The translations under genes were made by a program, and so were the position numbers. From positions 35,656 to 99,655 of the forward strand of contig JBAYIC010000003.1 in assembly GCA_041665845.1 (NCBI GenBank): a DNA stretch of 64,000 bases. Reading direction: 5' to 3'. Numbering within the stretch: the first letter of the stretch is position 1; every line of letters begins with the position of its first letter. The notes below the pieces were generated by a model that was given only the letters and a program-made list of their open reading frames with translations, was not told the origin of the DNA and searched no databases. This document shows positions 1 to 8,362 of this stretch, piece after piece. Origin of the DNA: Patescibacteria group bacterium. GTDB lineage: Bacteria > Patescibacteriota > Patescibacteriia > Patescibacteriales > UBA12465.

Positions 1-104
1 ATTAATTTCTGAAGAGCTTTGCCAAACAATGATTCTCCATTTTTAATTCTCTCAACGATCATCGCTTTGATTAACTTAAATTCAACATTATTTACTGTGT
101 TCAT
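1..104 (-). CDS. partial CDS, hypothetical (N-terminal 34 codons; continues beyond window start)
   Basis: ATG at 104-102 on minus strand reads MNTVNNVEFKLIKAMIVERIKNGESLFGKALQKL with no stop before position 1. It lies 60 nt downstream of queE on the same strand. No recognisable family. Confidence 0.3.
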   Translation of the reverse strand, partial: MNTVNNVEFKLIKAMIVERIKNGESLFGKALQKL

Positions 105-163
105 TTTGGAATTATTTTTGGTTGTTAATATGCTTTTTATGTTTTATTTTCATCTAAAGTATT

Positions 164-850
164 TCATTTTTTCTTAGCAGACTTTAGAATTAATTCTTTT
201 CTTTCTGATTTCCAAATAATCTTATGTAATTGTATTCCAATCCGTACCTGCAAATTATCCTCTAATACCCATTGAGCCAACTTATCAGCCTTAACTCCTC
301 CAATCGGAGAAAAAATAATATTAGTCTTGCCAATAAGATTATATTTTTTAATAACATCTTTAGCAAACTGATAATCAAGTCTACTCTTCATAATAAATTT
401 AACTTGATCCTTTTGTTTAAGTACTTTTAAATTATCAAAATGCATACTTTTGTGCATCAAGGAACTAGGGCATTTAATATCTAGAGAATATAGGACATGA
501 TTAGAGTTGGGAAATTTTGCAATATCCATTGATCCGTTAGTTTCAATATCAAGCTGAAAACCAGCTTTTAATAAAGCCATCATTAATGTTTTAGTATTAG
601 CCTGATTGAGTGGTTCTCCTCCGGTAATACAAATAAATTTCACTCCTTGTATTTTAGCTTCTTCAACTAAAATCTTAATATCGGTTATTACTCCTTTACC
701 GTAGGCATATTTTGTATCGCAATAGGAGCAACGTAAATTGCACCCTGCTAGTCTAATAAAAAATGTGGGCAGGCCGGAATGAATTCCTTCCCCCTGGATG
801 GATTTAAATTTTTCAATAATATTAATTGTTTTTTCCATAATATGTAACAT
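164..850 (-). CDS. queE: 7-carboxy-7-deazaguanine synthase QueE (radical SAM)
   Basis: Radical-SAM cysteine triad CNLRCSYCDTKY near the N-terminus. QueE-like length, and position in a folE2-queD-queE operon. Confidence 0.85.
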   Translation of the reverse strand: MLHIMEKTINIIEKFKSIQGEGIHSGLPTFFIRLAGCNLRCSYCDTKYAYGKGVITDIKILVEEAKIQGVKFICITGGEPLNQANTKTLMMALLKAGFQLDIETNGSMDIAKFPNSNHVLYSLDIKCPSSLMHKSMHFDNLKVLKQKDQVKFIMKSRLDYQFAKDVIKKYNLIGKTNIIFSPIGGVKADKLAQWVLEDNLQVRIGIQLHKIIWKSERKELILKSAKKK

Positions 851-1172
851 AACTATCTGGGGTCTCCCAAAGTTCTATTTTATAAATAGGCAAATCTTTT
901 TCTAAATGTTCCCAAATCCAAACAGCCATATTTTCTGCAGTCGGCTGTTTAATTATATCGTTGATATAACTATGATCTAAAATACTCAATACTTTTTTTT
1001 CAACTATCATTTTAATGGTACTAAAATCAAAAACCATTCCTGATTTTTTATCAACATTTCCCTTCAAAGTAACATTAAGCAAATAAGTATGCCCATGTAA
1101 GAATCGGCATTTCCCTTTATAATTCATCAGCTTATGGGCTGAATCAAAAGAAAACTTTTTAGTAATCATCAT
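822..1172 (-). CDS. queD: 6-carboxy-5,6,7,8-tetrahydropterin synthase QueD
   Basis: CxxxHGH zinc motif (CRFLHGHTY) and PTPS fold length. Start placed at internal MMITKK (the track's longer ORF would overlap folE2 by 52 nt). Confidence 0.8.
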   Translation of the reverse strand: MMITKKFSFDSAHKLMNYKGKCRFLHGHTYLLNVTLKGNVDKKSGMVFDFSTIKMIVEKKVLSILDHSYINDIIKQPTAENMAVWIWEHLEKDLPIYKIELWETPDSYVTYYGKNN

Positions 1173-1185
1173 ATTAATTTCTTTT

Positions 1186-1965
1186 TTATTTTTCGTTGAT
1201 AATGATGGCATAAGCGTTATGGCTATGAATTGATTCAAAACTTAAACATTTAATAATATAATCTTCGACGCGTTTATCTTTTCTCGCCCAAACTCCAATT
1301 TCTCTAACGACATCTTCTACAAACATCGGATTTTCATACATTTTTTCCGTAACATATTTTTCATCAACTCGTTTTAATAAAGAAAATAATTCACAACTAG
1401 CGCTCTTCTCAATCACTTTAATCAGATCATCAATATTTATATACTGACGTGATTTAATGCGTAATGAAACTTCAGCTCTTTGATTATGAGCGCCGTAGCG
1501 ACTAATTTCTTTACTACAGGGGCAAAGTGTAGCAACTGGAACCTTGACTTGAAAATAGCCAATGAACTGATTTGTACTATTTAATTCGTATTCAATTTTA
1601 CATTGATAACTCATTGAAGAAGGTTTTCCAGAAACTGGCGCTTTTTTATTTAAAAAATAAGTAAAATCAAAATTTATTTTTGAGGTTGTTGATTCAAGCT
1701 TATTTTTAATATTTTTTAAGGTTGTCATTAATAATTTTTCATTCAACTCCTTATCTTTTATTTGATGAGCGATTTGAGAAAATCGGCTCATGTGAGTTCC
1801 TTTTAAAGTCGCGTCTAAATCAACCCCCATAGAAACATTGGCAATTATTAATTGCTTTTTAGCATTAGTACCGAAGAAAAGGGGAATATTCAAACCAGCA
1901 ATACCAACTTCACTAATTTTTAAATCTCGATGATCTTTTTCTTTTTGAATATCTTTCATCTTCAT
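1186..1965 (-). CDS. folE2: GTP cyclohydrolase FolE2/MptA family
   Basis: Conserved CPCSKE...HNQR metal-site motifs of type-2 GTP cyclohydrolase I, at about 260 aa. First gene of the deazaguanine precursor set. Confidence 0.8.
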   Translation of the reverse strand: MKMKDIQKEKDHRDLKISEVGIAGLNIPLFFGTNAKKQLIIANVSMGVDLDATLKGTHMSRFSQIAHQIKDKELNEKLLMTTLKNIKNKLESTTSKINFDFTYFLNKKAPVSGKPSSMSYQCKIEYELNSTNQFIGYFQVKVPVATLCPCSKEISRYGAHNQRAEVSLRIKSRQYINIDDLIKVIEKSASCELFSLLKRVDEKYVTEKMYENPMFVEDVVREIGVWARKDKRVEDYIIKCLSFESIHSHNAYAIIINEK

Positions 1966-1973
1966 ATATAAAA

Positions 1974-2408
1974 TTAATTTAAATCTTTAGACAAGAACAT
2001 AGCAATTTCTTTGCCCGTGTTATCATAATATCTATCATTAAAGCCGCAAACCCGAAAACCATTTTTGAGATAAGCGATTAAAGCGTTGCTTAAAGAAGGC
2101 GCCTCAGCCATAACTGTTCTCGCTTTAATGGCCTTAGCTTCTTTAATAATCTTTTTAATCAACTTGGTCCCATAACCATTTTTACGAAAATTAGGATGCA
2201 CAAAAATATCTATCACTGAAGCTGAATTGTTCCATAAATAGTGGTGAAAACCGCTAAAGCCGATAATTTTATTATTTTCAACCCCCACATAGAAATAATC
2301 ATGATTGCCTTCAATAATTTTTTTAAAATCTCTAATCTCTTTAAAATATTTATCATTCAGGCGATTAATTTCTGGGAGGTCTTTAATTGTTGCCCTTAAT
2401 ATTTTCAT
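1974..2408 (-). CDS. GNAT family N-acetyltransferase
   Basis: Acetyl-CoA binding R-x-x-G-x-G motif (RKNGYGTKL) and GNAT-size protein (144 aa). Confidence 0.7.
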   Translation of the reverse strand: MKILRATIKDLPEINRLNDKYFKEIRDFKKIIEGNHDYFYVGVENNKIIGFSGFHHYLWNNSASVIDIFVHPNFRKNGYGTKLIKKIIKEAKAIKARTVMAEAPSLSNALIAYLKNGFRVCGFNDRYYDNTGKEIAMFLSKDLN

Positions 2409-2842
2409 ACATTTATATCTAACTTTTTTATTACTGAGAGATAAACCCTCTCAAACCATTCAACTTTATCTAACTCCATAATTTCCTTTAATCCAAAGAA
2501 TTTTATTTTCTGCCCTTCTCTTAAAAATATATTCTGAATATTGCCTTGATAAAGAAACGAATAAATGAAATGATGATATATTTTATCTCCTCCAATGTCT
2601 TCAATCTCACTAATAAATATCGGGGTTATATCTAAACCCAGCTCTTCTCGCACTTCTCGTTTTATGCATTCAAGCGGCGTTTCCTTAATTTCCTTACCGC
2701 CACCAATCATCCCCCATTTTGCCGAACCGTTAATCTTAGGGTCTTTATCTCTTAATTGCAATAGCACCTGTTGATTGCTATTTATAATTAAAACCTCACA
2801 AACTTCTATAATTTCCATTTTATTTAATAATTGCCCTATCAA
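2405..2842 (-). CDS. NUDIX hydrolase
   Basis: Nudix box GGGKEIKETPLECIKREVREELGL (GX5EX7REUXEEXGU). The start may be the internal MEIIEV (2818), which would remove the overlap with the upstream gene. Confidence 0.75.
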   Translation of the reverse strand: MIGQLLNKMEIIEVCEVLIINSNQQVLLQLRDKDPKINGSAKWGMIGGGKEIKETPLECIKREVREELGLDITPIFISEIEDIGGDKIYHHFIYSFLYQGNIQNIFLREGQKIKFFGLKEIMELDKVEWFERVYLSVIKKLDINV

Positions 2843-3989
2843 TCTCTAATTTTCTTCTTTGGGCGGCATGAAGGGTATTGATAGATAAATTATGATAAAA
2901 CTCACTTAAATAACCAGGGGTAATGTCTAAAGATTTCTCTACAGCAATAATAAAATCTAATTTATTATTTCTAGCCATCTTCCCGGCTCTAATTCTAGGA
3001 ATCCAACTGTTTTTAATCAGTCCGGCCGGATCTTTCAAGGGATTAATCCTTACCCTACCTTTTAAATCATAGCCCCCAGCTAATAAACAAATTGCTCTTT
3101 TAAGACAAGCATCACATTTACCGCAACCGCCGCCGTAATAACAAGTTATCGTATCAAATGGACTGATACCATATTTCTTTTCCCAGTTTTTACGCCAATA
3201 CGCAATTACTTCGGACTTTGAATAAGCGCTAAAAGGTGAACCAGCCTTCACTGATTTATTAGATTCAATAGAAAAAAAATATGAAGCTTTGTTGAAAAAA
3301 TACTGGCTCTTATCTTTATTCTTACGAAAACCCATCTCATCTTTATGCGCACATAAATATATAAATTTTTTTGATGCTTGAGAAAATTTTAAAATAGAAT
3401 TAGCCAAACTTAAAAATAAAAAGTTTCTTCCAGGGATAATAAAATCCCAATCTTTCCAACCACGCAAGATATCTTTTTTTAAATTAATCTTTAAAATTAA
3501 CGGTTTTATTTTTAACTTATCGGTAATTTTTTTTACCGCCTTATGCTCGGCCGTATTATTTCTCTGGCCAAAGTCTATCCATAGAGGTAAAACTTCAGTT
3601 TTCTTATCAAAAGCATAAAGCAAGCCGGCGGTGCTATCCAATCCGCCGCTAAAATTTAAAACAGCGCCAACATTTTTAAGAGTATTAGTATTATAATCCA
3701 AAATCTTAATTGCATCTGGGGCCTCTTTTAATTGTTTTAATCTAATATTAAACTTCATCGGAGCAATCCGATGATTAATAATATATGAAAGGAAGGTGCT
3801 TAATCTATTGATATCGATTTTCTTAGAAAAAGAATCATTAATAGATATACCATTACTTTTATTATAGCCGGTTAGAATTGTTAAAATTGCTAACTTAGTA
3901 AAATTATCTAAAAATACACTAGTAAAACCTAGGGTCGAGCTATTTACTAACATATCTCCGTCATTTTTTTTTATTTTTCCAATTTCCAT
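2820..3989 (-). CDS. queC: 7-cyano-7-deazaguanine synthase QueC homolog with N- and C-terminal extensions
   Basis: PP-loop SGGLDST at about residue 113. QueC-like DFGQRNNTAEH segment and C-terminal zinc site C-x6-C-x2-C-x2-C (CYYGGGCGKCDAC). About 105 extra residues N-terminal and about 85 C-terminal to a typical 220-aa QueC. Confidence 0.75.
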   Translation of the reverse strand: MEIGKIKKNDGDMLVNSSTLGFTSVFLDNFTKLAILTILTGYNKSNGISINDSFSKKIDINRLSTFLSYIINHRIAPMKFNIRLKQLKEAPDAIKILDYNTNTLKNVGAVLNFSGGLDSTAGLLYAFDKKTEVLPLWIDFGQRNNTAEHKAVKKITDKLKIKPLILKINLKKDILRGWKDWDFIIPGRNFLFLSLANSILKFSQASKKFIYLCAHKDEMGFRKNKDKSQYFFNKASYFFSIESNKSVKAGSPFSAYSKSEVIAYWRKNWEKKYGISPFDTITCYYGGGCGKCDACLKRAICLLAGGYDLKGRVRINPLKDPAGLIKNSWIPRIRAGKMARNNKLDFIIAVEKSLDITPGYLSEFYHNLSINTLHAAQRRKLEIDRAIIK

Positions 3990-3990
3990 A

Positions 3991-4713
3991 TTATATTTTT
4001 TTTGCTATCCACCATAACCGATGGGCTCGCAAAATAATTCCTCCTTTTTTATGCATCAATTCTATCTGGGCTAAATATTTTGTATCTTTCTTTTTATCAA
4101 AATCAGCAATGATTGGTGTTCTTTCTAAAGTTCTAACTACAGCGTTAAGAGAAGAAAATTTTTGATGGTATACAAAATCTTTTAATAAAACTTTTTTAAG
4201 TTTAAACTGGTCAAAAAGCTTCTGTACCGATTCTCTTTTTTTTATAAAATACGGAAAATTTTGACCTCGATTAAAAATCTTTTTTAATTCTATTTTATCA
4301 GTTTCGCCGATAGTCTCTTCAATTAAAAGTCCATCCTTTTTTAAAACTCTTAAGGCCTCCTTAAAAAAAATAGAATTGGCTGATACTGGGCCACGAGAAC
4401 TATAAACAACATCAAACATTTCATCTTTAAATGATAGCTTCCGACCGTCCTGGACTTTGAATAATACATTCTCTATTTTTTGATTTTTTTTATCTTTATT
4501 GGCAGTTTTTATATAATTCGCAAAACAATCAATACCGATAATTCTTTTACAATGACGAGATAGCTGTGTGGTGAGTTCACCAGAGCCACAACCTAAATCT
4601 AAAACCACAAAATCTTTACTAATATTTTCAACTAATAGCTTTAAAAACGCTGGTTTAGCACCACAAACTACTTGAGCGCCAGATTTAAACTGATATCTGC
4701 TAAATTGTTTCAT
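3991..4713 (-). CDS. class I SAM-dependent methyltransferase
   Basis: Motif I VLDLGCGSGELT, and acidic residue at the end of beta2 (IGID). First gene of the operon that continues into queC. Confidence 0.7.
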   Translation of the reverse strand: MKQFSRYQFKSGAQVVCGAKPAFLKLLVENISKDFVVLDLGCGSGELTTQLSRHCKRIIGIDCFANYIKTANKDKKNQKIENVLFKVQDGRKLSFKDEMFDVVYSSRGPVSANSIFFKEALRVLKKDGLLIEETIGETDKIELKKIFNRGQNFPYFIKKRESVQKLFDQFKLKKVLLKDFVYHQKFSSLNAVVRTLERTPIIADFDKKKDTKYLAQIELMHKKGGIILRAHRLWWIAKKI

Positions 4714-4755
4714 TTTATATTACAAAAAATAATTAGTTCGACTATACGACTAGAA

Positions 4756-5319
4756 TCAATTTTTGTCACTATAATTTACCACTGTCATATCCGATAGATT
4801 ATAAATATTCACAAAGCGACTATCAGCTGAAATATTTTCTCCTTCTCCATAGCCTCTTTCAATTCCCAGTACCGCAAATTTTGAATTAGATATCCAATAC
4901 AGCCCACTGAAACTACAAGCCGTTCCGCACTGAGCGACTATATAAACCTTGGCTTCTTTTAAATCCCATAAAGAAACCGACATATCTGGTTCGCTAGTAG
5001 AAATTTCTAAAGCATAAACTTTATTAGGATTATTTTTTATAATTTCACCATGATACGGCGGATCGGATTTGAAAAAAATAGGTTGGCCATCGGCTTGAAA
5101 ATAAGAATCAACAGAAGAAGTGTTTATTTCATCTAAAGAAAACTCTCGAGTGGAAACGAAATGATATTTATCCGCCTCCGGCAACTCAACGAAATCTCGA
5201 TTTTGTAATATCTCGGTTGATGACATAGGAATTTTAATGTCATGCTTATAAAAAAAGACGAAAAATATTATTCCCGCTACCAGTATTATAACCAACAATA
5301 TTTTTAGAATTGTTTTCAT
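4756..5319 (-). CDS. hypothetical membrane-anchored protein
   Basis: N-terminal hydrophobic helix (ILKILLVIILVAGIIFFVFF) then a soluble domain. Start chosen at MKTIL. Divergent from tsaD. Confidence 0.45.
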   Translation of the reverse strand: MKTILKILLVIILVAGIIFFVFFYKHDIKIPMSSTEILQNRDFVELPEADKYHFVSTREFSLDEINTSSVDSYFQADGQPIFFKSDPPYHGEIIKNNPNKVYALEISTSEPDMSVSLWDLKEAKVYIVAQCGTACSFSGLYWISNSKFAVLGIERGYGEGENISADSRFVNIYNLSDMTVVNYSDKN

Positions 5320-5389
5320 AAAAAATATCTTATATATCTTAAATAATAGCACTATTTGTCTTTTTCTGAAAATAACCTACAATACATAT

Positions 5390-6436
5390 ATGTATATTCT
5401 TGGAATAGAAACTAGCTGCGACGAAACCGCTGCTTCAGTTATTAAAGCCGATCGTAAGACCGGAAGAGTTGTAGTTTTATCGAACATTATTTCTTCACAA
5501 ATTGAAATTCATCAAAAGTATGGCGGCGTTGTTCCGGAAGTAGCGGCCAGAGAACATGTTCTAAATATTTTACCAGTTATAGATGAAGCACTATCAAGAG
5601 CGAAAATAACTCATAAAAAACTTGATTTAATCGCTGTTACTAAGGGACCGGGACTTATTACCTCTCTTATGACCGGCATGGAGACTGTAAGAACCTTAGC
5701 TTTTGCTTGGAACAAACCAGTAAAAGAAGTAAACCATATCGAAGGCCATATTTATTCTAATTTTATTAGCCCAGAGAGCAAGATCAATTTTCCGGCAATC
5801 ATTTTAACAGTTTCCGGCGGACATACTAATCTTGTCTTAATGGATAAAAATAAAAAAATAAAAATAATTGGGGAAACTTTAGACGATGCAGCCGGCGAAG
5901 CCTTTGATAAAGGTGCAAAAATGATGGGGCTTGGTTATCCAGGAGGACCGATAGTTTCTAAATATGCTAGTATATACAAACAAAATAATACAAATCGCCA
6001 AGTTAGCGATATTAATCTCCCTCGCCCGATGTTAAATTCTAGTAATCTTAATTTTTCTTTTTCCGGCTTAAAAACCGCTTTACTATACCAACTTAAAAAA
6101 GATAAAAATTGGAAAAATCGAATAGAAGAATACTGTTTTGAGTATCAACAAGCAATTATTGATGTTTTAGTTGGGAAAACGATTAAAGCAGCCATAAAAT
6201 TACATGCTAAAACAGTTATGCTATCGGGAGGCGTAAGCGCTAATAGTGAATTACGTAATTTCCTCAAAGAAGCGGTAAATAAAAAATTAAACAGAATAAA
6301 TTGTTTAGTCCCTAATTTTGAATATACGACCGATAATGCAGCAATGATTGCAACTGCTGGTTTTTTCACGTCCTTAAACCACAAAACTACTAAATTTTCT
6401 AAACTACAGGTTGATCCTAGTTTACAACTTAAATAA
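5390..6436 (+). CDS. tsaD: tRNA N6-adenosine threonylcarbamoyltransferase TsaD (Kae1/Gcp family)
   Basis: N-terminus MYILGIETSCDETAASV plus the H-x-E-G-H metal site (VNHIEGHIY). About 348 aa, ASKHA fold family. Confidence 0.9.
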   Translation: MYILGIETSCDETAASVIKADRKTGRVVVLSNIISSQIEIHQKYGGVVPEVAAREHVLNILPVIDEALSRAKITHKKLDLIAVTKGPGLITSLMTGMETVRTLAFAWNKPVKEVNHIEGHIYSNFISPESKINFPAIILTVSGGHTNLVLMDKNKKIKIIGETLDDAAGEAFDKGAKMMGLGYPGGPIVSKYASIYKQNNTNRQVSDINLPRPMLNSSNLNFSFSGLKTALLYQLKKDKNWKNRIEEYCFEYQQAIIDVLVGKTIKAAIKLHAKTVMLSGGVSANSELRNFLKEAVNKKLNRINCLVPNFEYTTDNAAMIATAGFFTSLNHKTTKFSKLQVDPSLQLK

Positions 6437-6473
6437 GATAAGCTAAAATCCAATTATTGATACCACTAAATAT

Positions 6474-6547
6474 GGCTTGATGGCGAAGTGGTCCAACGCT
6501 GCAGTTTGCAAAACTGCCATTCGTGGGTTCGACTCCCACTCAAGCCT
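6474..6547 (+). tRNA. tRNA-Cys (anticodon GCA)
   Basis: Cloverleaf: acceptor GGCTTGA/TCAAGCC, anticodon stem GCAGT/ACTGC with loop TTGCAAA, T-arm GTGGG TTCGACT CCCAC. No encoded CCA. Confidence 0.85.
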
Positions 6548-6556
6548 CAAATAAAA

Positions 6557-6590
6557 CTCTTAACTGACCAAGGTTGAGAGTTTTTATTTT
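6557..6590 (+). terminator. rho-independent terminator after tRNA-Cys
   Basis: 8-bp stem ctcttaac/gttgagag (one GU) followed by tttttatttt. Confidence 0.6.
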
Positions 6591-7096
6591 AATTTGACAA
6601 GGCCTGTGCATAACTTGTGTTTTAAGTGTATAAATATATTTTTTTAGTCTAAGATAGCCTGGACTTAAATATTTAATTTTTAATAATCTATATTAATATT
6701 AGCTAAATATTAACTGTACACTAACTTTAGTCCACAATACTTGACCCCTATTTTTAAAAGTGCTATTATTATAGTAGGTTCTTTAACTAACTCCTTATAT
6801 CCTTGTTGCCAATGCTGACGTGGCAAGGAAATTCCCGAGCAAAAATAAAAAACTAGCGTGCTAATCAAAAAGAAATAAGATTTAATAAAAGTCAAAAAGA
6901 AATTTTTACTAAATCTCATTGAAAATTAGCAAAAATAATTAAAATATTAAGTTTTAACATGCTAGGAGTTGGTGCAAGATATACTATTTAAGTCAGCAAG
7001 TAGCTTTAATACCTCAAAAATACAGTAAAAACTGTGATAAAGAGGTATGAGGCTCAGACGATGGCCCAGTATTTATTTTTATATATAATAAAAAGC

Positions 7097-7124
7097 GGCC
7101 CGTTCTGGGCCTCTTTTTATTTTC
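7097..7124 (+). terminator. GC hairpin + T-run (terminator-like) in long intergenic region
   Basis: ggccc-gttct-gggcc followed by tctttttatttt. No annotated plus-strand gene upstream. Confidence 0.45.
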
Positions 7125-7193
7125 AAAAAAACCCTGTATATTAGAACCATGCTTGATGAGTCTTAATCTAAAAACGGCTAAATATCCAAAATT

Positions 7194-8258
7194 ATGTCAT
7201 TATCAATTGGAATTGTTGGCTTGCCAAACGTTGGCAAATCAACTTTATTTAACTTATTAACCAAAAAGGGGGTCGAAGCCGCTAATTATCCTTTTTGTAC
7301 CATAGATCCTAACGTCGGAGTTGTAAAAGTCCCTGATTTTCGCCTAGAAAAGTTAGCTGAAGTCTCAAAACCAAAGAAAATCATCCCAACTACTATTGAA
7401 TTCGTCGATATTGCTGGTTTAGTGGCTGGGGCAAGCAAAGGAGAGGGCTTGGGAAATCAATTTTTGGCTCACATTAGAGAATGTAACGCCATCTGCGAAG
7501 TGATTAGAGATTTTAAAGATAAGAATATTATTCATGTTAATGGTAAAATCGACCCAGCTGATGATAAAGAAACGATTAATATGGAACTAATTTTCGCTGA
7601 TTTAGCAACGGTAGAGAAAAGATTGGATAGAATGAAACGTGATGTAAAAAGTGGCGACAAGGAAATTAAAAGCAATTTAGTAGTCTTAGAAAAAATATTT
7701 GCTCAATTGAGTGCCGGAAAAGCAATTAGAGAGCTAGAATTTGAAGAAGAAGACTTAGTGTTTGTTAAAAGCTTAAGTCTTTTAACTATTAAGCCTATTC
7801 TTTACCTCTTAAATACCGATGAGGAAACCGCTGGTGATGTTCTACCGGGAACCAATGAAGAAATAATTAACATTAATGTAAAACTTGAAGAAGAAATCGT
7901 TAATTTACCTGAGGAGGACCAAGCGGAATATATTAAAGAACTTGGTTTATCGCAAAGCGGCCTTGATAAACTTATCCAAAGCGCTTATAAATTGCTCGGC
8001 CTTGATACCTTTTTTACGACCGGTCCGGACGAAACTAGAGCTTGGACGATTAAGAAGGGTTCGAAGGCGCCACAAGCGGCGGGAGAAATCCATACTGATT
8101 TCATTAAGGGCTTTGTTCGCGCGGAAGTCATTAACTGGGAAAAATTTATTGAATGTGGTTCAGAAGGTAAAGCAAGAGAACTAGGACTGATGAAAATTGA
8201 AGGGAAAGAATATATAGTTTCTGATGGAGATGTTTGTAATTTTTTGATTAATAAATAA
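7194..8258 (+). CDS. ychF: ribosome-binding ATPase YchF (Obg-family GTPase)
   Basis: G1 motif GIVGLPNVGKSTLFN, Obg-type G domain with insertion and C-terminal TGS-like domain. About 354 aa. Confidence 0.9.
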   Translation: MSLSIGIVGLPNVGKSTLFNLLTKKGVEAANYPFCTIDPNVGVVKVPDFRLEKLAEVSKPKKIIPTTIEFVDIAGLVAGASKGEGLGNQFLAHIRECNAICEVIRDFKDKNIIHVNGKIDPADDKETINMELIFADLATVEKRLDRMKRDVKSGDKEIKSNLVVLEKIFAQLSAGKAIRELEFEEEDLVFVKSLSLLTIKPILYLLNTDEETAGDVLPGTNEEIININVKLEEEIVNLPEEDQAEYIKELGLSQSGLDKLIQSAYKLLGLDTFFTTGPDETRAWTIKKGSKAPQAAGEIHTDFIKGFVRAEVINWEKFIECGSEGKARELGLMKIEGKEYIVSDGDVCNFLINK

Positions 8259-8300
8259 AACCTCATTTAGTTTTAGTTATTAAATTAACTAGCCAAAGAA

Positions 8301-8337
8301 AAAAGCCTGATGCATAAACAACATCAGGCTTTTTATT
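8301..8337. terminator. bidirectional rho-independent terminator (ychF / convergent membrane-protein gene)
   Basis: Stem gcctgatg/catcaggc flanked by an A-run and a T-run. Confidence 0.65.
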
Positions 8338-8362
8338 AAACAATTTTGGAAATCTTATATTC

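Noticed and set aside
1173-1238. Longer QueD ORF starting at 1238
   Set aside because: It would overlap folE2 by 52 nt and add a non-conserved 22-aa leader. The internal MMITKK start gives canonical QueD length.
6145-6453. 102-aa minus-strand ORF
   Set aside because: It is antisense within tsaD and has no independent signals.
6710-6919. 69-aa minus-strand ORF in the long tRNA-Cys/ychF spacer
   Set aside because: Extremely AT-rich, hydrophobic low-complexity translation with no RBS or promoter context. More likely non-coding, possibly part of an sRNA locus.
7885-8266. Two overlapping ORFs (+99 aa, -93 aa) inside ychF
   Set aside because: They are embedded in a well-supported conserved gene and their Arg/Lys-rich translations are an artefact of the alternative frame.
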